Origin: a virus | Reading direction: 5' to 3' (one strand) | DNA length: 64,000 nucleotides | IMG/VR virus record: IMGVR_UViG_3300046318_000171 | Span: 27,239 to 91,238 of that record | Shown here: in pieces, positions 45,750-55,285 of the stretch | Layout of the letters: every line of letters begins with the position of its first letter | How positions within the stretch are numbered: position 1 is the first letter of the stretch | Translations under genes and position numbers: made by a program | The notes under the pieces: generated by a model | The model's input: only the letters and a program-made list of their open reading frames with translations | The model's database searches: none | Told to the model about the DNA's origin: nothing

Positions 45750-47083
45750 TTTCTGTTCTGGCTCCTTCTGTAGTCTTCAGACCCAACGCTTCCTGGGGTT
45801 AGTAGTGGAGTCACGGTGCCCGCTGGTGCCGGGTTAGTGCTCTGGTAGTCTGGTAGGCGGCTGCAAGTAATGGCTACGTTGCTAAACAAAGGAACCATGC
45901 GGTTGTCAAAAATAACGTGCTCTACGTTTATTCCAGTAATAAATACTAGGTAGCGCATGTTTTTACCTAAGTGCAGTTCTACTGGACGGGCTCCTAGGAA
46001 GCCCATGTCTGCAGTTCCGCCTCCCAAGAAGCTATAGTCACGTAGAGAGCTCTTCATGGTGTAGCCCATGATAGTTCGTAGAAGAAACTCTAGGTCGTAC
46101 ATGGTGCCCATGTTGTAAATTGCTTTTTGAGTTTTTTCATCTAAAATAGCTTTTTCTAGTCCGTATGCATTTCTAGACTCTGGTCTCAAAGTTCCTGGGG
46201 CACCACCGCCAACCTCGTCTTCACGCCAGTAGTGCTTCATGTCATACATACGATTTATCAAAAGTTGAAATTGAATAGTACTTTGAGTTACACCAGTACC
46301 AACTAGGTTAAAGTTATCCTGGCCCGAAGCCTCAAAGTTAGGGTCAACCAATGGGGTTCCAGCGTAAGCCATGCTGATGCTTCCCGGGTTGTACTGAAAC
46401 CTAAAAGCGTGTGGAGGCAGCGCCTCATTGGTGCCCAGCAATCCTTTGTCAGCATCTTCTGGCTTAAATCCAGTCGATAGGTCTTTCCAAGTAATAAACA
46501 TGCCTTTACTCGACTTGCCGTTAGCCCAAAGTTCAAGGGCAGAAGTCAAGCCAATGTTTGGCTTGTTGTTTTCTACTGCGCTTCCGAGCGTAGTAGTGTT
46601 GGCTTTTTCTAAAAGAAATTCCGACCTAGAAGTAAAGTACGCCTCATCAACTGACCCAACATTGTATCGGAGCTTGGTGTCCACAGGAGGTTTAGGTGGA
46701 ACAACAGGTTTTTGGTTTTTATTTCCAGCCCCAGTGGTAGTGGTCGTAGTAGTAGGCTTGGGAGTGTTGGCCTGTAGTTGTGAAGTGACTATTGCTAAAG
46801 AACTACTGCGGCTTTTAAGTCTTGAAAGTAAAGCGTCAAGATTGAAATCGGCAATAATTTTGTCTCCAGAAGTAGACGACGGAGACGACTTAACGATTTC
46901 ATTTTTTATAATGCTTCGTTTAATGTCGGCTATCTCACCTTCTAAAAGAATTTTTCTAGTAGTAAGCCTATCGACTATGTACTTTGGAGTAGGCGTGTCG
47001 GTCCTAGTACCACTAACTACTCTGGCTACGGCCTTGTCTCTAGAGTCAAGCCTTAGACTACTACCATCATTTCTACTACCCAT
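45746..47083 (-). CDS. Tail tube initiator-like protein
   Basis: F.FQYNP..I; H..FD.RMVP; follows the tape measure gene. Confidence 0.6.
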   Translation of the reverse strand: MGSRNDGSSLRLDSRDKAVARVVSGTRTDTPTPKYIVDRLTTRKILLEGEIADIKRSIIKNEIVKSSPSSTSGDKIIADFNLDALLSRLKSRSSSLAIVTSQLQANTPKPTTTTTTTGAGNKNQKPVVPPKPPVDTKLRYNVGSVDEAYFTSRSEFLLEKANTTTLGSAVENNKPNIGLTSALELWANGKSSKGMFITWKDLSTGFKPEDADKGLLGTNEALPPHAFRFQYNPGSISMAYAGTPLVDPNFEASGQDNFNLVGTGVTQSTIQFQLLINRMYDMKHYWREDEVGGGAPGTLRPESRNAYGLEKAILDEKTQKAIYNMGTMYDLEFLLRTIMGYTMKSSLRDYSFLGGGTADMGFLGARPVELHLGKNMRYLVFITGINVEHVIFDNRMVPLFSNVAITCSRLPDYQSTNPAPAGTVTPLLTPGSVGSEDYRRSQNRK

Positions 47084-49413
47084 TATGAGGCTCCCATGCT
47101 GTGGATACGGTTGTCTTCTTCAAGGTACTCTTTAACCCGTTTCGCAAACTTACGTGCTTCAGACTCAGACGCCTGACCAATTGTTAGGTTAATAGTTACA
47201 TTATTTCCGGCTTTTTTGCCGCCAAACACCTTGTCTTTACGGTAATCTTTTGCCACATCCGCAGGAAGAATTGCTTCTCCTTGGTGGACGTTTACTGGGC
47301 CGTCTTGAGTTACGTTGAGCATACCTTCAGAAGCACCACGTACATTTGACAAGTACCTGCTTCCCATGCTGCGGCCAGTAATTTGTCCGTAAGCTCCTCC
47401 GACATTAGAAGTGGCTGAGCTAACTGCGCTTGATGCAGCTGCTGCTGAAGAGTTCACTTGGACAGCTGAAACTTGAGCCCCACCCTTGACTCCAGAAGTA
47501 CCTGCGCTAACTAGGTCAGGAGCTGGTGCCGAACCAGGAGCGAACAATGAGTTTCCGGTCTCTCCCCATGTAGACGCCTGCAAAGCAGAAGCGGTAAATC
47601 CGATTCCTAGGTAAGGTGCAGGGTTAATTCGTGCGCCTCCCTGCCAAAGTTCAAAGTGAAGGTGAGCACCAGAGGTCTGTGTGCCAGTGTTTCCAGAGTA
47701 AGCAATGATGTCACCTTGCTTTACGGTAGAGCCCGCTGGGGCTACTTTACGACTTAGGTGAGCGTACTGAGTAGCAAAGTTTTCTGCGTGGCTAACTCGT
47801 ACTACGTTTCCAAGCGCCCCACTGTCGTTGTACGATACGGTTCCGTCTGCCGCTGCCACAACTGGAGTTCCTTCAGAAACTCCATAGTCAATTCCGTGGT
47901 GCCCTTGGCTTCCCCACAGCCCGCCTTTTTGTCCAAAGTGGGCAGTAATAGCTCCTTTAGTAGGGGCCATAAGTTTCAGCCCACCAGTTCCGTTGCTAGT
48001 ACCTAGGCCAATAGTGCTAGAGTCACCACCTGCACCTACCATGTTTGAGATTCCGGCAACCGCTAGACCACCTAAAGCACCAACACCAGCACCGACCAGA
48101 GTACCAACTCCTGGCCCAAAGAAAGAACCGATTGTTCCACCGAGCATTGCACCAGAAAGTGCAGCACTACCAAAGTCCATAGCGTCCATTGCTTCACCGC
48201 TTTGCCCTTTGGAGTAGGCACTTGCAGCTGACATTCCTAGGCCAATAGTTCCTCCCGCAATACCGAACCCTTTTACTCCTATGTTTTTTGCTACGGAACC
48301 AAAACCCTTTCCACCACCACCAGCAAGTTTATTAATTGCGCTCATGGTTAACATTGAGCCACCGATACTGGCCGCACCAGAAACCAAAGACCCAGCAGCA
48401 GACAATGCCCCACCACCAACTTGACTTCCTGCCAAAGCGGCAGCGTAGGAGTTTAGAGAGCCAAATGTAGCTGCAAGGTCACCAGAAATAGCGTTCAGGG
48501 TGTCTAGGTGGTCTGCAGCAGTTTGTAGTCCGGCAAGGTACTGCGACTCCGCTTTGCTTTGCGCACCAGTAGTCGAAGAGTTAATTTGGTAAGCAGCGTT
48601 AAACGGGTTGTCGTTACCAGCAGCCGCCATCGACGCACGAATCTTGTCCATAGCCTTGGGGTCAGACAAGTCCATGGTGTTGCCCTTAGCACGTTCAATC
48701 ATGTATTGAGAGAACATCGCCTGCTGGTCTTCGCTCAAACCAGACGCTTTAATTGTGGCACCTAGAGCACCACGGTAAAGAGAATCACGAGTTTGTTCTA
48801 CAGTTGCCTTGCCTCGACCAGCGGTGACTCGTTGAGCCAACTGTTCAAAGATTTGTGCTTGAGTAAAAGCCTTACCTGTGCGGGCATCAGAAGTAGATAT
48901 GCCAAAGTTACGCATCATCATGGCTGAAGTAGCGCCCGTGTTCATGCCTGCAATGGCAACCGCAGCTTTATCGGTTTCCATGTTCAGGTACTTAGTGGCG
49001 TTACCTGCACCACGAACCACGTTCATGTACTGGCTACCTGCTGCTGAGCTGAAATTAACGCCCATGTTAGAAAGGTTCTGGGCAACCATGGCGTCTACGC
49101 CAACCGAGCTCAGCCCACCGGCAAGTCCACTAAAGGTGGCTTGAGAAAGACGCTGGCGGTTAATGCCGCCCATCATTCTTGAGGAATTGTAGTACCCACC
49201 AGCACGAGCAACAGTCCCAGCAACATCCGGCATCATACTGAAGCCGCCAGAAACCATGCCGCCAATAGCCCCTAGAGAGCTAGAGAGAATGTTGGCTTTG
49301 CCCATGCCGATAGCAGAGCCGCCAAGGATGCCCATGGTCTTCTCAGCTTGAAGACCGAGTTTCTCCACGGCTTTAGTTAAGCCAGCAATTTCGCTAAGTG
49401 GGTCTTTAGCCAT
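47083..49413 (-). CDS. Tape measure protein with M23 peptidase domain
   Basis: Ala/Gly-rich; H.GIDYG, YAHL, SGNTG..S.G.HLHFE; VH.GE.ILP. Confidence 0.88.
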   Translation of the reverse strand: MAKDPLSEIAGLTKAVEKLGLQAEKTMGILGGSAIGMGKANILSSSLGAIGGMVSGGFSMMPDVAGTVARAGGYYNSSRMMGGINRQRLSQATFSGLAGGLSSVGVDAMVAQNLSNMGVNFSSAAGSQYMNVVRGAGNATKYLNMETDKAAVAIAGMNTGATSAMMMRNFGISTSDARTGKAFTQAQIFEQLAQRVTAGRGKATVEQTRDSLYRGALGATIKASGLSEDQQAMFSQYMIERAKGNTMDLSDPKAMDKIRASMAAAGNDNPFNAAYQINSSTTGAQSKAESQYLAGLQTAADHLDTLNAISGDLAATFGSLNSYAAALAGSQVGGGALSAAGSLVSGAASIGGSMLTMSAINKLAGGGGKGFGSVAKNIGVKGFGIAGGTIGLGMSAASAYSKGQSGEAMDAMDFGSAALSGAMLGGTIGSFFGPGVGTLVGAGVGALGGLAVAGISNMVGAGGDSSTIGLGTSNGTGGLKLMAPTKGAITAHFGQKGGLWGSQGHHGIDYGVSEGTPVVAAADGTVSYNDSGALGNVVRVSHAENFATQYAHLSRKVAPAGSTVKQGDIIAYSGNTGTQTSGAHLHFELWQGGARINPAPYLGIGFTASALQASTWGETGNSLFAPGSAPAPDLVSAGTSGVKGGAQVSAVQVNSSAAAASSAVSSATSNVGGAYGQITGRSMGSRYLSNVRGASEGMLNVTQDGPVNVHQGEAILPADVAKDYRKDKVFGGKKAGNNVTINLTIGQASESEARKFAKRVKEYLEEDNRIHSMGAS

Positions 49414-49422
49414 GACACATCC

Positions 49423-49575
49423 TTAAATCTTTCCAAACTCCCTAGCCATCTCTAGCCAGTTAGTACGTTCTCTTGGGCTCAACTGCTTGATTTCTTCAAG
49501 CGGCCACCCGTGTAGCTCAGCGATTAAATGCCATTCTCTAAAAAGAGAGTTGTAATTTAAAACACTAGAATTGAA
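49423..49575 (-). CDS. Start-less +1-frame extension of the tail assembly chaperone (…HGWPLEEIKQLSPRERTNW…)
   Basis: Open 50-codon frame filling the gap up to the tape measure SD; no start codon before the motif. Confidence 0.65.
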   Translation of the reverse strand, partial: FNSSVLNYNSLFREWHLIAELHGWPLEEIKQLSPRERTNWLEMAREFGKI

Positions 49576-50380
49576 ACAAAGCTCCGAGAGTAATCGGAAC
49601 CACTACCTTTCCACCACAATCAGGGCAGTCAATAGTTACATCGTCAAACTGTGGGCCCGGGGCACGCTTAGATAGTTCTTCACCAATCTTGCGGCGGTCC
49701 ATGATGCCCAAGTTCTGAATCTGAGTCTTGCTGATGACAGGGCTTCCATCAATCTCCAAGACAGTCTGTTCAAGAAGAATGGTCTGAAGTTCAGCCATGG
49801 TCTTGTCAGTATTAGCCGTAATTTCCTTCTGAGTGTACCCAGTAGGAAGCTGCACTAGGAACTCTTTGTCTTTGCCAAACACTGTAAAGCGTCGGTCAGT
49901 CACTGGGTCTACAAGAACCTTTGACTTGATGTCAGTGTCGACATCTACCTCGACTTCTTTGCTGTCGTTGCAACCAGAGCACCAACAAATAAGCGTGGCG
50001 TGAGGCCCAAACGTTGCTTTGTAAATCCCAACAAGAAGAGCGTCACGGTCACCCGCTAGCATCTTGTCCAAGATTTCTTCAGTAGCCTTTTCTTTACCTA
50101 CTGAAACTACTCCACGGTTCAAGATGGTAGGGAAAGCTTTGCTAAGGCTAGACGCCTTAGTGATTACTTCTTCGTCCCTACCTGTTAGCTCTCGAACCTC
50201 TGCGGTCTTGACGACCTCCCCAGCGGAACTTACGTAGCCGCCAGGGAGAGTCACCAAGGTTTCCGAAGGAGGAGTGATAGCAGCTGGTTGAACGGTTGTT
50301 TCTGGTTCAGCAGTTGCTTGTGCAATCAAATTGTTTGCCATCGCAGGGTTTACCGCTGCGTTTAGAGAATTTGTAGTCAT
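49565..50380 (-). CDS. Tail assembly chaperone (T4 gp26/gp51-like)
   Basis: VRELTG.DEE, GDRD.LL..I...TFG, two CxxC; between tube and tape measure genes. Confidence 0.8.
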   Translation of the reverse strand: MTTNSLNAAVNPAMANNLIAQATAEPETTVQPAAITPPSETLVTLPGGYVSSAGEVVKTAEVRELTGRDEEVITKASSLSKAFPTILNRGVVSVGKEKATEEILDKMLAGDRDALLVGIYKATFGPHATLICWCSGCNDSKEVEVDVDTDIKSKVLVDPVTDRRFTVFGKDKEFLVQLPTGYTQKEITANTDKTMAELQTILLEQTVLEIDGSPVISKTQIQNLGIMDRRKIGEELSKRAPGPQFDDVTIDCPDCGGKVVVPITLGALFQF

Positions 50381-50396
50381 TTATTTGTCCTTGTTA

Positions 50397-51017
50397 TTAA
50401 GCGTCGAATGATGCTGCAGTGGTGTTCTCGTCCGCTGCCCACTTGATGTCGAAGCCTTCGTGTACGAGAGTTAGCTGCTCTACCAAAATAGCGTTGTCAC
50501 CAGCGTTTAGGTCTGAGTAAGCAACTGAGGTTGGCCAGCAGTTGTATACCTGGAAACGCATAGCTACGTGGTCATCGGCAGAGGTGTTAGTTCCGTTGTC
50601 AGCGCCTGAACCAGCGATTGGGTGCGATAGCACCTGAATCTCTAGGTCAGCACGGAAGTTCTGTGCCTGAGTGCCAGCAGAACCACCCTGAACGGTAGCA
50701 AACAACTTACGCATCCAGTCCCAGTGCTGCTTAGTACCGAGAACGACACCACGCTGCAAGGTGATAGGGGCGAAAGTGGTCTGACCAGGAATCTGGTGAA
50801 CAGTGGTGTTGTACCCACCTTCACGGTAAGGGATTGAGTCAGTAGTCACTGACAGACCCGAAACCGAAGTGAATCCAACGGTAATGCCCTTAGGGACATT
50901 AGCGTACCAATCAGCACCAGCGTCGCTAGGCTTCAGTGGCTTGAAAGTAACCAGGAACCTAAAGTTTCTGATTGGGTCGGTCGCAATTGACGAACGATTG
51001 TTAATGATAGTAGGCAT
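50397..51017 (-). CDS. Tail tube protein (gp19-like)
   Basis: DP.RNFRF, GF..VSGL, YREGG, PG......ITL.RG, CWP, E.LTL.HEG. Confidence 0.93.
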   Translation of the reverse strand: MPTIINNRSSIATDPIRNFRFLVTFKPLKPSDAGADWYANVPKGITVGFTSVSGLSVTTDSIPYREGGYNTTVHQIPGQTTFAPITLQRGVVLGTKQHWDWMRKLFATVQGGSAGTQAQNFRADLEIQVLSHPIAGSGADNGTNTSADDHVAMRFQVYNCWPTSVAYSDLNAGDNAILVEQLTLVHEGFDIKWAADENTTAASFDA

Positions 51018-51035
51018 TTATTCCTTCTCCTTCGA

Positions 51036-52532
51036 TTAGTTCGAGGTCTTCTGGCTGAGGCTAATGACCACAAACTCAGTAGGGTACTCAAGAGCAACAC
51101 CGACTTCAATGTGGACTTCACCAAGAGCGATGCTGTCCGCAGTGTTGTTTTCAGCGTCTACCTTAACGAAGAATGCGTCCGCTGAAGTTGCGCCACGGAG
51201 ACCTCCTGCGTTGCGGTAGTCGTTCAAGAACACAGTCAGGCTAGTGCGGAGACGTGCCCACAACTTTTCGTCGTTGTTCTCGAAGAGTGCAAACTGAGTT
51301 AGGTCGTTGAGCTGCTTCTTGATGTAAATCAAGCTGCGGCGCATGTTGACGTAACGGTTAGCGGTTCCATCCTGCTTAAGAGTGCGAGCACCCATAGACA
51401 CGATTCCAGCACCAGGCAAGTTACGCAAAGCGTTTAGCGGCTTAGCGGCTGCATTTAGGCTGTCTAGCTCTGCAGAAGTGAACGCCTTCTCCAAAGCGAT
51501 AGCTCCACGTACAGTTGCCTGAATACCAGCAGGAGCCTTGAAAGGACCAGTCTGGCGGTCAGTCTGAATGTAGAGTCCAGCAATTGCTGCCGAAGGACCT
51601 GACTTACGTAGCGACTGTGAGCTGCGGCCTAGCGGGTCCTGAACAAAAATGTTCGGGAAGTAGACAGCTGCGTTTGCAGAAGCGGTAAGGCCACCTGCGT
51701 AAGTAACTGCGTCTGAAACAGAAAGGTCAGGAGCGGTGTCTAGAACAGCAAAGCCGTTGTTAGCATCTGCCCAAGCAATCATCTCTCCCTGCACGGTTTC
51801 AGCGTCTGCGTCGCTAAGTACTGAGAACAGTTCCGGAGCGAACAACACCAGTGGGCGGTCAACAGCCGAGAAGTCAGCAATAACGTCAGAGTAGTCGTCT
51901 ACGTCCGCAGCAGTTCCGTTTGAACCACTGGTTAGTGGTAGGACTGCGTTGGTAGGTGCGTTTGCAGTATCGCTAAGGGTCATGGTGATGTACGACGACG
52001 AGTAACCGATAACGGTAGGAGCGAAGTCACTTGAAGTTGAGTTGTTAAACACAACGTTTGAGAACTGCTCAAGAACGATGTCGTTGGTTACGTCGCTTCC
52101 AGTTCCTGACACAGTCTCCTTGTAAACAGTTACGTTGAAGTAACCTGAGACAGCAGCAGCAGTAATCTGGACACGTAGGTTGTTTCCGTCAGCGCCCTTG
52201 TTCTTAGCAGTAATGGTACCAATGGTTCCGCTTACTGCCTTAGGGATGTCTACGTCAGCAGCTACAGCGTCTGAGTGTAGAACACGGCGAACGTAAAGTT
52301 CGCTTCCGCCATTCTGGAAGAACTGGCCAACTCCAAAAGTAGCTGGGTGGGTAACGTCGTATCCACCAAACTTCTTTACGAAGTCGTACCATGATGTGAC
52401 CAAGGTCACGGTTTCTGGTCCTTGTGCAAATGTACCAAAAGCAGCACCCGCAGCGTTTGCGGTGCCTGATACAGCGACAGGAGCAGGAAGTAGACGTTCA
52501 GTAATGTAAACGCCTGGACGACTGTAAGTCAT
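51036..52532 (-). CDS. Tail sheath protein
   Basis: PGVYI.E, FFQNGG, KAPAG, GARTL, YVN.RR, FENND..LW, P.EFV. Confidence 0.95.
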   Translation of the reverse strand: MTYSRPGVYITERLLPAPVAVSGTANAAGAAFGTFAQGPETVTLVTSWYDFVKKFGGYDVTHPATFGVGQFFQNGGSELYVRRVLHSDAVAADVDIPKAVSGTIGTITAKNKGADGNNLRVQITAAAVSGYFNVTVYKETVSGTGSDVTNDIVLEQFSNVVFNNSTSSDFAPTVIGYSSSYITMTLSDTANAPTNAVLPLTSGSNGTAADVDDYSDVIADFSAVDRPLVLFAPELFSVLSDADAETVQGEMIAWADANNGFAVLDTAPDLSVSDAVTYAGGLTASANAAVYFPNIFVQDPLGRSSQSLRKSGPSAAIAGLYIQTDRQTGPFKAPAGIQATVRGAIALEKAFTSAELDSLNAAAKPLNALRNLPGAGIVSMGARTLKQDGTANRYVNMRRSLIYIKKQLNDLTQFALFENNDEKLWARLRTSLTVFLNDYRNAGGLRGATSADAFFVKVDAENNTADSIALGEVHIEVGVALEYPTEFVVISLSQKTSN

Positions 52533-52576
52533 CGTTGTCTCCTAACTAGGTTGATTGTTAAAGTATGGGGGCCGAA

Positions 52577-53224
52577 TTATATTGCGGTAGTAGTAAACGT
52601 TCCTGAACCAATAAAGTCAGGGTCTCCTGGCCTTCCGCCAGCATCTGTGGCGTTAGGTTCGTCTAGGTGTACTTCTTGTACCTTGTATAGCGTACGCAGG
52701 GTACCTTGAGAGACCTCGCTAGAGACTCGTACAGTAATAGCGTTTATGAATAGGCGCTTTGCCTGTTCAGTGGCGTCTCGTTTTGAGACACCCATGACAT
52801 CCATGCGTCGGACAGTTCCATCGTCCAACTTTAGGATGCCAAATCTTTGAGGTAGTTTTTGAAAGTTAATCTGAGTAAGTAGCTCACGGTCGTGGCGTGG
52901 GTGACGGCTGTACACCGTTACTTGGTAGTCAATGTTTACCGGAATAGGAATGTCAACTTCAAATCGCTGGTCCGCAGTCAAGCCATCCGGAGACAAATAG
53001 TCTTTGCCGGTCCATCCACGCATTTCACGCTCAGGGTCACGCATGATGTCAATCATGTCAATAGTGACGTAAGGGTAAAGCTGTGGGGTCAACTCTTGGT
53101 CAGGCTGACCAAAGTACACACGAACAGCACGGTCTGTGTCTTGACCGTCAGCCTTTTGGTCGTGCACAACCATGCCTAGAAGTGCGTCACGAAGAGCTTT
53201 GTCTTCTGATAGAAGAAAGGTCAC
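52577..53224 (-). CDS. Tail terminator/completion protein
   Basis: YP.VTI, P.P..IDYQ; upstream of the sheath gene. Confidence 0.65.
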   Translation of the reverse strand: MTFLLSEDKALRDALLGMVVHDQKADGQDTDRAVRVYFGQPDQELTPQLYPYVTIDMIDIMRDPEREMRGWTGKDYLSPDGLTADQRFEVDIPIPVNIDYQVTVYSRHPRHDRELLTQINFQKLPQRFGILKLDDGTVRRMDVMGVSKRDATEQAKRLFINAITVRVSSEVSQGTLRTLYKVQEVHLDEPNATDAGGRPGDPDFIGSGTFTTTAI

Positions 53225-53532
53225 TTCTTACCTCCCATGTGCTTGCCAAGACTCTCTACAAACTTAGAGCCTGCACCCGCAGGGTTGTTGTTGTACTTGC
53301 GGATAGTAGCAGTTGGGCGCTTAGACTCGTTGCCAAACTCGTGGGTAAGGGCGTCGCCCATGTACTTGTCGTGAACGTACACGTTGAACTTATTGTCGTG
53401 AAAACGCACGTGGAGGTTGTCTACAACCTTTTGGTCCCAGCCATGCGAAATGGCGCTCTTACGAATCTCACCTTCCATAAACTGGGCGGTGTCGTGAGCG
53501 GCGCTGTGAAGGTTATTAAGTATGCTTCTCAA
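53221..53532 (-). CDS. Putative neck/head-tail protein
   Basis: EFG....P.A.IR motif; position. Confidence 0.5.
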   Translation of the reverse strand: MRSILNNLHSAAHDTAQFMEGEIRKSAISHGWDQKVVDNLHVRFHDNKFNVYVHDKYMGDALTHEFGNESKRPTATIRKYNNNPAGAGSKFVESLGKHMGGKK

Positions 53533-53723
53533 GGCTTCTTACCTGAATGGGATTTTGGCTGCTGGAATGTGTTCCGCACATAGCCTGAGACTAGTTGCCC
53601 AAACATCGCTTCCTGGCGGTTATTAGGGCGGTAGCCCCCAACACCACGAAGAAACTCTTCCTTTTCTTGGAACACGAGGTAGTCGTTAACTCGTTTCCAC
53701 CAAGGGTTGAAGTTGGAACTCAT
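53529..53723 (-). CDS. Hypothetical protein (start revised to 53723)
   Basis: SD AAAGGA. Confidence 0.6.
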   Translation of the reverse strand: MSSNFNPWWKRVNDYLVFQEKEEFLRGVGGYRPNNRQEAMFGQLVSGYVRNTFQQPKSHSGKKP

Positions 53724-53828
53724 CAGCAAAATCCTTTTCAGGTGCAAGCTACATACGTAGAGGGAATCCCGCACGGAATTCCATACCTTAAGGATAAGGA
53801 TTATTGGAGAGGATTAAACGCTAAATGT

Positions 53829-54179
53829 CTACTTCTTTAAGTAGTCGTTGTTCTGGTGCGTCTTCAGAGAGTGGCAGTTATGGCACAAAGTCTGGTAATT
53901 AGACGGGTCGTTGTTCTTCTTATCGCCATCAATGTGGTCCACGCAAAGCTGGACTGAGTGTTCTGGGATGAAGCCGCACCACTCGCAAAGCTCCCCTTTA
54001 TGGAACACCCAAGGGCGCTCGGTGGCTTTCTGGCTAGTCTTAAAAGCGTGCTTACAGCGCCAGTAGGGGGTTCCGTCAGGCTTTACATTGCCGCTAGGGC
54101 GTAGGGCTACCTGCAATCCACAAAGGGTACAGTCCCCAATCATAGCCTCTGGGTCAACGTTGGTAATCTTATGGCGCAT
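53829..54179 (-). CDS. HNH endonuclease (start revised to 54179; leaderless)
   Basis: CEWCG..L.VDHIDG...NN...N.Q.LC.NCH..KT; TGcTACCCT-N6-ATG. Confidence 0.85.
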   Translation of the reverse strand: MRHKITNVDPEAMIGDCTLCGLQVALRPSGNVKPDGTPYWRCKHAFKTSQKATERPWVFHKGELCEWCGFIPEHSVQLCVDHIDGDKKNNDPSNYQTLCHNCHSLKTHQNNDYLKK

Positions 54180-54196
54180 GGGTACAGGGTAGCAAA

Positions 54197-54222
54197 AGAG
54201 GCCCCTGTTGCCAAGGGCCTCT
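54197..54222 (-). terminator. Intrinsic terminator after the basic-protein cluster
   Basis: AGAGGCCC/GGGCCTCT stem followed by TTT on the - strand. Confidence 0.7.
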
Positions 54223-54237
54223 GATGTTTGTGTTGGA

Positions 54238-54552
54238 TTACTTCTTTTTAGACTTGCAGTGTGCGCATTTTCCGCATGAGCACTTCTTGGCTTCACGCTT
54301 GTTTTCAGCCTTCTCGCCCTTCTTGCCTTCAGCCTTTTCGTGAGCAGAGTGCTTCTTGATGCCCTTGATAATCTTGGCGTCAATCTTCTTGTCTTCAGCC
54401 ATGGTCTTAGGCTTCTTCTTGTCGCCGTGCTCTTTGTCCTTCTTCTCGAACTCACGCTTCTCAGCAGGAGTCAAGCCCTTGGTCATTTTGGCGTCTTTTT
54501 TCTTGTCTTTTTCCTCGGTGTACTTACCTTTTAGGAATGCTGGCTTAGCCAT
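54238..54552 (-). CDS. Lys-rich protein with C-terminal CSCGKCAHC
   Basis: Composition. Confidence 0.75.
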   Translation of the reverse strand: MAKPAFLKGKYTEEKDKKKDAKMTKGLTPAEKREFEKKDKEHGDKKKPKTMAEDKKIDAKIIKGIKKHSAHEKAEGKKGEKAENKREAKKCSCGKCAHCKSKKK

Positions 54553-54555
54553 TGT

Positions 54556-54810
54556 TTATCTGCCTGTCTTTGGTCGGTAGTTCTTTGCTCGCCTGCTTGT
54601 GTCTTTAGGGTCTGCATGCGGGTTCATTACTGGAGGAGCACCCTTGATGCGTGCTTTAAGGTCGGTGACCTCTGCCTTGACCTTGCGACCCAAAGTGGTC
54701 TGACCAAGAGTCTTTTTTGCTGGCTTAGCGACTGGTTTAGCAGCTGGCTTGGCGGCAGGCTTAGCTGCTGGCTTCTTTAGATTAACTGGTTTCTTCAAAT
54801 TAACAGCCAT
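54556..54810 (-). CDS. Histone H1-like Lys/Pro/Ala repeat protein
   Basis: KPAA repeats; VNLKKP x2. Confidence 0.75.
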   Translation of the reverse strand: MAVNLKKPVNLKKPAAKPAAKPAAKPVAKPAKKTLGQTTLGRKVKAEVTDLKARIKGAPPVMNPHADPKDTSRRAKNYRPKTGR

Positions 54811-55001
54811 TATTTGCCTCTCTTAATTCCGCTGTACTTCTTACCTTTAGCAACCTTTTTGCCCATGCCTGATTCGGCAGAGCTTCCCTTAGGAGCAGGC
54901 TTAGGAGCGTACTTCCCTATACCCTCTTTAGCTAATCCCTCGTCTATTTTCTTTTTTACCGCTGCGTTTGCCAGTCGGGTCGGTACTTTTTTAATAGCCA
55001 T
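54810..55001 (-). CDS. Lys-rich small protein
   Basis: SD AAGGAG; coupled. Confidence 0.7.
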   Translation of the reverse strand: MAIKKVPTRLANAAVKKKIDEGLAKEGIGKYAPKPAPKGSSAESGMGKKVAKGKKYSGIKRGK

Positions 55002-55050
55002 TAGTTGGCTCCTTCTGTTCTTTACCGCATGTGCAGTTTCCGTTACACAT
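54991..55050 (-). CDS. Possible 19-aa Cys peptide MCNGNCTCGK...
   Basis: Exactly fills the only gap in the cluster; weak SD. Confidence 0.35.
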   Translation of the reverse strand: MCNGNCTCGKEQKEPTNGY

Positions 55051-55054
55051 TACT

Positions 55055-55285
55055 TTACCACTTTCTGTTCTCTTTGAGTTGCTTCTCAGCAAGTCGAAGC
55101 TTGTCTAACTTAGCCTGAGAACTAGCAATAGCCCCTTCATTGCCACTTCCCTTGGCCTTAAGCAAGTCTTGTTCAGCAGACTGACGCTTACGCTTGACCG
55201 CCATAGGGGCAGTGATTCTGCGCCACCCCTCGCCCTTAGGGAGCAAGGTGTCAGGCGATGTCTTAATCCTAGTGACTCTAGCCAT
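55055..55285 (-). CDS. Basic small protein
   Basis: Coupled. Confidence 0.7.
   Translation of the reverse strand: MARVTRIKTSPDTLLPKGEGWRRITAPMAVKRKRQSAEQDLLKAKGSGNEGAIASSQAKLDKLRLAEKQLKENRKW

Noticed and set aside
38848-53224. Sheath/tube/baseplate block as a stand-alone eCIS or tailocin
   Set aside because: It is embedded among phage replication, neck and early genes, so it is a phage tail
53680-53730. CUGAUGAG followed by a stem on the - strand, resembling a hammerhead ribozyme core
   Set aside because: The required C-GAAA after stem II and stems I/III are absent, and the AUG is the SD-preceded start of a coding gene
53829-54455. 208-aa HNH ORF with a long Arg-rich N-terminus
   Set aside because: The extension overlaps another gene and a terminator; the real start is most likely ATG 54179
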